A stretch of 36,095 nucleotides of DNA. Origin: an uncultured Gammaproteobacteria bacterium (GTDB lineage: Bacteria > Pseudomonadota > Gammaproteobacteria > SZUA-140). A model generated the notes under the pieces. That model was not told the origin of the DNA and ran no database searches. It saw nothing but the letters and a program-made list of their open reading frames with translations. The DNA is taken from contig CAZYTT010000004.1 in assembly GCA_964650235.1 (NCBI GenBank), positions 1 through 36,095 of the forward strand. The letters are read 5' to 3'. Each line of letters opens with the position of its first letter. Positions within the stretch are counted from its first letter, which is position 1. Positions 33,452 through 36,095 of the stretch are shown here, piece by piece. The position numbers and the translations under genes were made by a program.

Positions 33452-35548
33452 TTATGCCGGTACCGCTGAGCCTACAGTTGCAACAACCTTAACCTGCTTA
33501 TCCTCGGGTATTTCGTTATAGGCCAAAACTGTTAAGCCACTAATTGAATGTTTAACAAATTTTGACAACATTTGACGTAAGGCAGGTGGAACTAGCAGGA
33601 CCGGATTTATGCCATTAACTTCCATTTTTTGTGTGCTCTCTATCAACATAGTATGTAATTTGTCCGCCATTCCCGGCTCAATCCCAACACCATTTTGCTC
33701 ACGTGCCTGCACTGCATCATGCAATAGTTGTTCCAACTTCCCATCTAGCGTAATAACTGACAAGGAATCCCCTATATCATTGATATTATTAACTATTGCA
33801 CGTTTCAGGGCGACTCGCACAGAAGCAATAAGGGCGTCAGGATCTTGACTATAGGATGCTTCAGCCGCTAGTACTTCAATGATTGTCCGCATATCGCGTA
33901 TAGATACACCTTCTTCGAGCAGGTTACGCAAAACCTTTTGTAACAGGCCAAGAGAAATCGTCTCGGGAACAAAGCCCTCAACAAGCTTTGGTGATATTGA
34001 AGCAACTGCATCAAGCAGGTGTTGAACCTCCTCACGACCAAGTAATTCATGACTATGAGTCTGAAGAATATGGCTTAAATGGGTAGCTATTACTGTCCCT
34101 GGATCAACAACTGTGTAACCAAGTGATTGCGCCTGATCACGGTTAATCGGTTCTATCCAGATAGCATCCATTCCAAATGCAGGATCTTTACCGGGTATAC
34201 CGTCCAGATTGCCAATCGCATTTCCGGGGTTTATTGCCAACAATCTATCAGGATGAATTTCTGCCTGAGCAATTGGAATACCAAGAAGGGATATACTATA
34301 GACATTAGGTTCTAACTCCAGGTTGTCACGAATATGAACAGAAGGGATCAGGAATCCAAGATCATGAGTTAATTTCTTCCTAACCCCCTTGATCCTGGCC
34401 ATTAATTCGCCACCTTGATGAGCATCTACCAAGGGGATAATTCTATAACCTACCTCCAGGCCAATTGTATCTACAGGTTTAACATCAGACCAGTCTAGCT
34501 CTGATTCAGGAATTACTTCATTATTTACAACTGGCTCTTCTTCAATGTTCTGAACACTCTCCGTATTCTTTTGGGTATGTACATAATATGCACCAAATCC
34601 AGACATGCCAGCCAGCAATAAGAATACGAGATTAGGCATACCTGGTATTACCCCCATAATCCCCAGGACACCTGCGGTAACACCCAAAATACGCGGATCA
34701 GCAAACATCTGCGAAAAGATTTGCTGCCCCATATTCTGCTCACTTGATACCCGCGTCACCATAATGGCAGCCGCGGTAGAGAGCAATAATGATGGGATTT
34801 GCGCAACCAGACCATCACCAATAGTTAATAAGGTGTAATTATGAATAGCTTGGCTAAAGGCCATATCATGCTGCGCCATTCCTACTGACAAACCACCAAT
34901 AATATTGATAAACAGTATCAGTATCCCGGCTATAGCATCACCACGGACAAATTTACTCGCACCATCCATAGAGCCATAAAAATCTGATTCCAGCACAACC
35001 TCTGATCGACGCAGCTTTGCCTCTTCCTGAGAGATAACACCCGCATTTAAATCAGCATCAATAGACATCTGCTTACCAGGCATTGCATCAAGTGTAAAGC
35101 GGGCAGTAACCTCGGAGATACGACCGGCACCCTTGGTTACGACAACAAAATTAATAATCACAAGGATAGCAAAAACAACGAGGCCAACAGCGTAGTTTCC
35201 ACCAATTACAAAGTCACCAAAGGCCTCGATAACATGGCCCGCCGCATCTGTACCTGTATGGCCATCAAGCAACACAACACGAGTCGAAGCAATATTCAGT
35301 GCCAGACGTAACAAGGTTGCCACCAGTAGAACCGTTGGAAAAGCAGCAAATTCCAGAGGACGATTAATGTAAATACCTGATAAAATTACAATCAATGCCA
35401 GGGTTATATTAAATGTAAAAAATATGTCCAACAGCGCAGCGGGTAACGGGACAACCAACATCGCCAACATTGCCAGCAATAACACCGGGGCCCCAATCAA
35501 CCCACTCTTGCTGAAGTTCTTAATACTTAATACGAGACTGTCGTTCAT
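33452..35548 (-). CDS. flhA: Flagellar type III export gate protein FlhA
   Basis: 698 aa with an N-terminal polytopic membrane domain. It has the conserved loop VVTKGAGRISEVTARFTLDAMPGKQMSIDADLNAG and a large cytoplasmic C-domain. GGAGATG lies upstream of the ATG. Confidence 0.95.
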   Translation of the reverse strand: MNDSLVLSIKNFSKSGLIGAPVLLLAMLAMLVVPLPAALLDIFFTFNITLALIVILSGIYINRPLEFAAFPTVLLVATLLRLALNIASTRVVLLDGHTGTDAAGHVIEAFGDFVIGGNYAVGLVVFAILVIINFVVVTKGAGRISEVTARFTLDAMPGKQMSIDADLNAGVISQEEAKLRRSEVVLESDFYGSMDGASKFVRGDAIAGILILFINIIGGLSVGMAQHDMAFSQAIHNYTLLTIGDGLVAQIPSLLLSTAAAIMVTRVSSEQNMGQQIFSQMFADPRILGVTAGVLGIMGVIPGMPNLVFLLLAGMSGFGAYYVHTQKNTESVQNIEEEPVVNNEVIPESELDWSDVKPVDTIGLEVGYRIIPLVDAHQGGELMARIKGVRKKLTHDLGFLIPSVHIRDNLELEPNVYSISLLGIPIAQAEIHPDRLLAINPGNAIGNLDGIPGKDPAFGMDAIWIEPINRDQAQSLGYTVVDPGTVIATHLSHILQTHSHELLGREEVQHLLDAVASISPKLVEGFVPETISLGLLQKVLRNLLEEGVSIRDMRTIIEVLAAEASYSQDPDALIASVRVALKRAIVNNINDIGDSLSVITLDGKLEQLLHDAVQAREQNGVGIEPGMADKLHTMLIESTQKMEVNGINPVLLVPPALRQMLSKFVKHSISGLTVLAYNEIPEDKQVKVVATVGSAVPA

Positions 35549-35606
35549 TTACATCTCCGCAACATCATTATTACATTTCCAATTACAATGCATTTTTCAT
35601 ACCTGT

Positions 35607-36095
35607 TTATTCATCACGTCGTAATTCTTCCGGAATCTCGACATCATCAATATTGAGTTTGTTTTTCACGCTCGGATTTCTCTTCAACTGGTAGATATAG
35701 GCCAGTACCTGTGCGACAGCAATAAATAGACCTGCTGGTATCTGTTCATTTAGATCTGTGCTGTAGAATAATGCACGAGAAAGTGGCGGTGCCGAGACAA
35801 CAGGTATATCGTTTGCCTGAGCTATGTTTCGAATCTGGAATGCGATGAGATCCTTACCCTTTGCTACAACTATGGGGGCTGCCATATTATCCTGGTCGTA
35901 TCGAATGGCGACTGAATAATGGGTTGGGTTGGTTATAATCACATCAGCTTTAGGTACCTGTTCCATCATCCGCCGTTGTGATACCTCACGTTGGCGTTCT
36001 CGTAAGGCTCGCTTGGACTCCGGATTACCTTCAGTCTGTTTATTTTCCTCCTTAATTTCCTGTTTCGTCATCTTCATTTGACGACTATGATCCCA
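35607..36095 (-). CDS. flhB: Flagellar export switch protein FlhB, C-terminal part (gene starts beyond the right edge)
   Basis: The frame stays open to nt 36095 (...WDHSRQMKMTKQEIKEENKQTEGNPESK). It contains the autocleavage site NPTH (IITNPTHYSVAIRY). The track's ATG at 36077 is internal. Confidence 0.9.
   Translation of the reverse strand, partial: WDHSRQMKMTKQEIKEENKQTEGNPESKRALRERQREVSQRRMMEQVPKADVIITNPTHYSVAIRYDQDNMAAPIVVAKGKDLIAFQIRNIAQANDIPVVSAPPLSRALFYSTDLNEQIPAGLFIAVAQVLAYIYQLKRNPSVKNKLNIDDVEIPEELRRDE

Noticed and set aside
1-36095. CRISPR arrays, IS elements/transposases, integrases, prophage genes, rRNA/tRNA, toxin-antitoxin pairs
   Set aside because: I looked for regularly spaced direct repeats, terminal inverted repeats, DDE/tyrosine-recombinase motifs and small adjacent ORF pairs and found none. 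A by-eye search can miss short or degenerate repeats, so a self-dot-plot would be the decisive check.

Overview
This is a 36.1-kb chromosomal segment. By gene content it comes from a motile gamma-proteobacterium with a Pseudomonas/Vibrio-style polar-flagellum (F6-type) chemotaxis cluster. I can support 37 protein-coding genes. I found no rRNA, tRNA, CRISPR array, transposase or integrase. The left ~20 kb carries housekeeping genes and small metabolic modules: smc (5' part), queF, an FGGY kinase, cysZ, an orphan beta-propeller protein, a small ORF behind a CRP-type site, and apaG. It continues with a truncated-hemoglobin plus ferredoxin/FNR-reductase pair and a glycerol-kinase-like / glycerophosphodiesterase / G3P-dehydrogenase operon. 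After that come a HIT protein, mipA, cpdA, an ABM protein, tsaB, a DinG/YoaA helicase, a nuclease-like hypothetical, an APH+P-loop kinase fusion and a GYF/pentapeptide membrane protein. The right ~16 kb holds a REC-GGDEF(degenerate)-EAL gene followed by one tightly packed minus-strand array: flhB (3' part)-flhA-flhF-fleN-fliA-cheY-cheZ-cheA-cheB-motC-motD-parC-parP-cheW-DUF2802. I did not find a convincing wholly new multi-gene system such as a defence island. The best leads are listed here. (1) CheA lacks a recognisable P2 domain and instead carries two copies of a peptide that matches the CheZ C-terminal CheY-docking tail. (2) The trHbN + 2Fe-2S/FNR reductase operon looks like a split flavohemoglobin. 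(3) A ~38-nt composite motif is duplicated in the divergent region next to that operon. (4) A candidate sigma-28 promoter and an SD-bearing 26-codon uORF, whose stop overlaps the main start as TAATG, precede the SD-less c-di-GMP phosphodiesterase gene. (5) A textbook class II CRP-site geometry sits in front of a tiny ORF. (6) G+C drops by roughly 10 points across the motility block. All functional calls rest on motif recognition from memory. No database search, folding or statistics were run.
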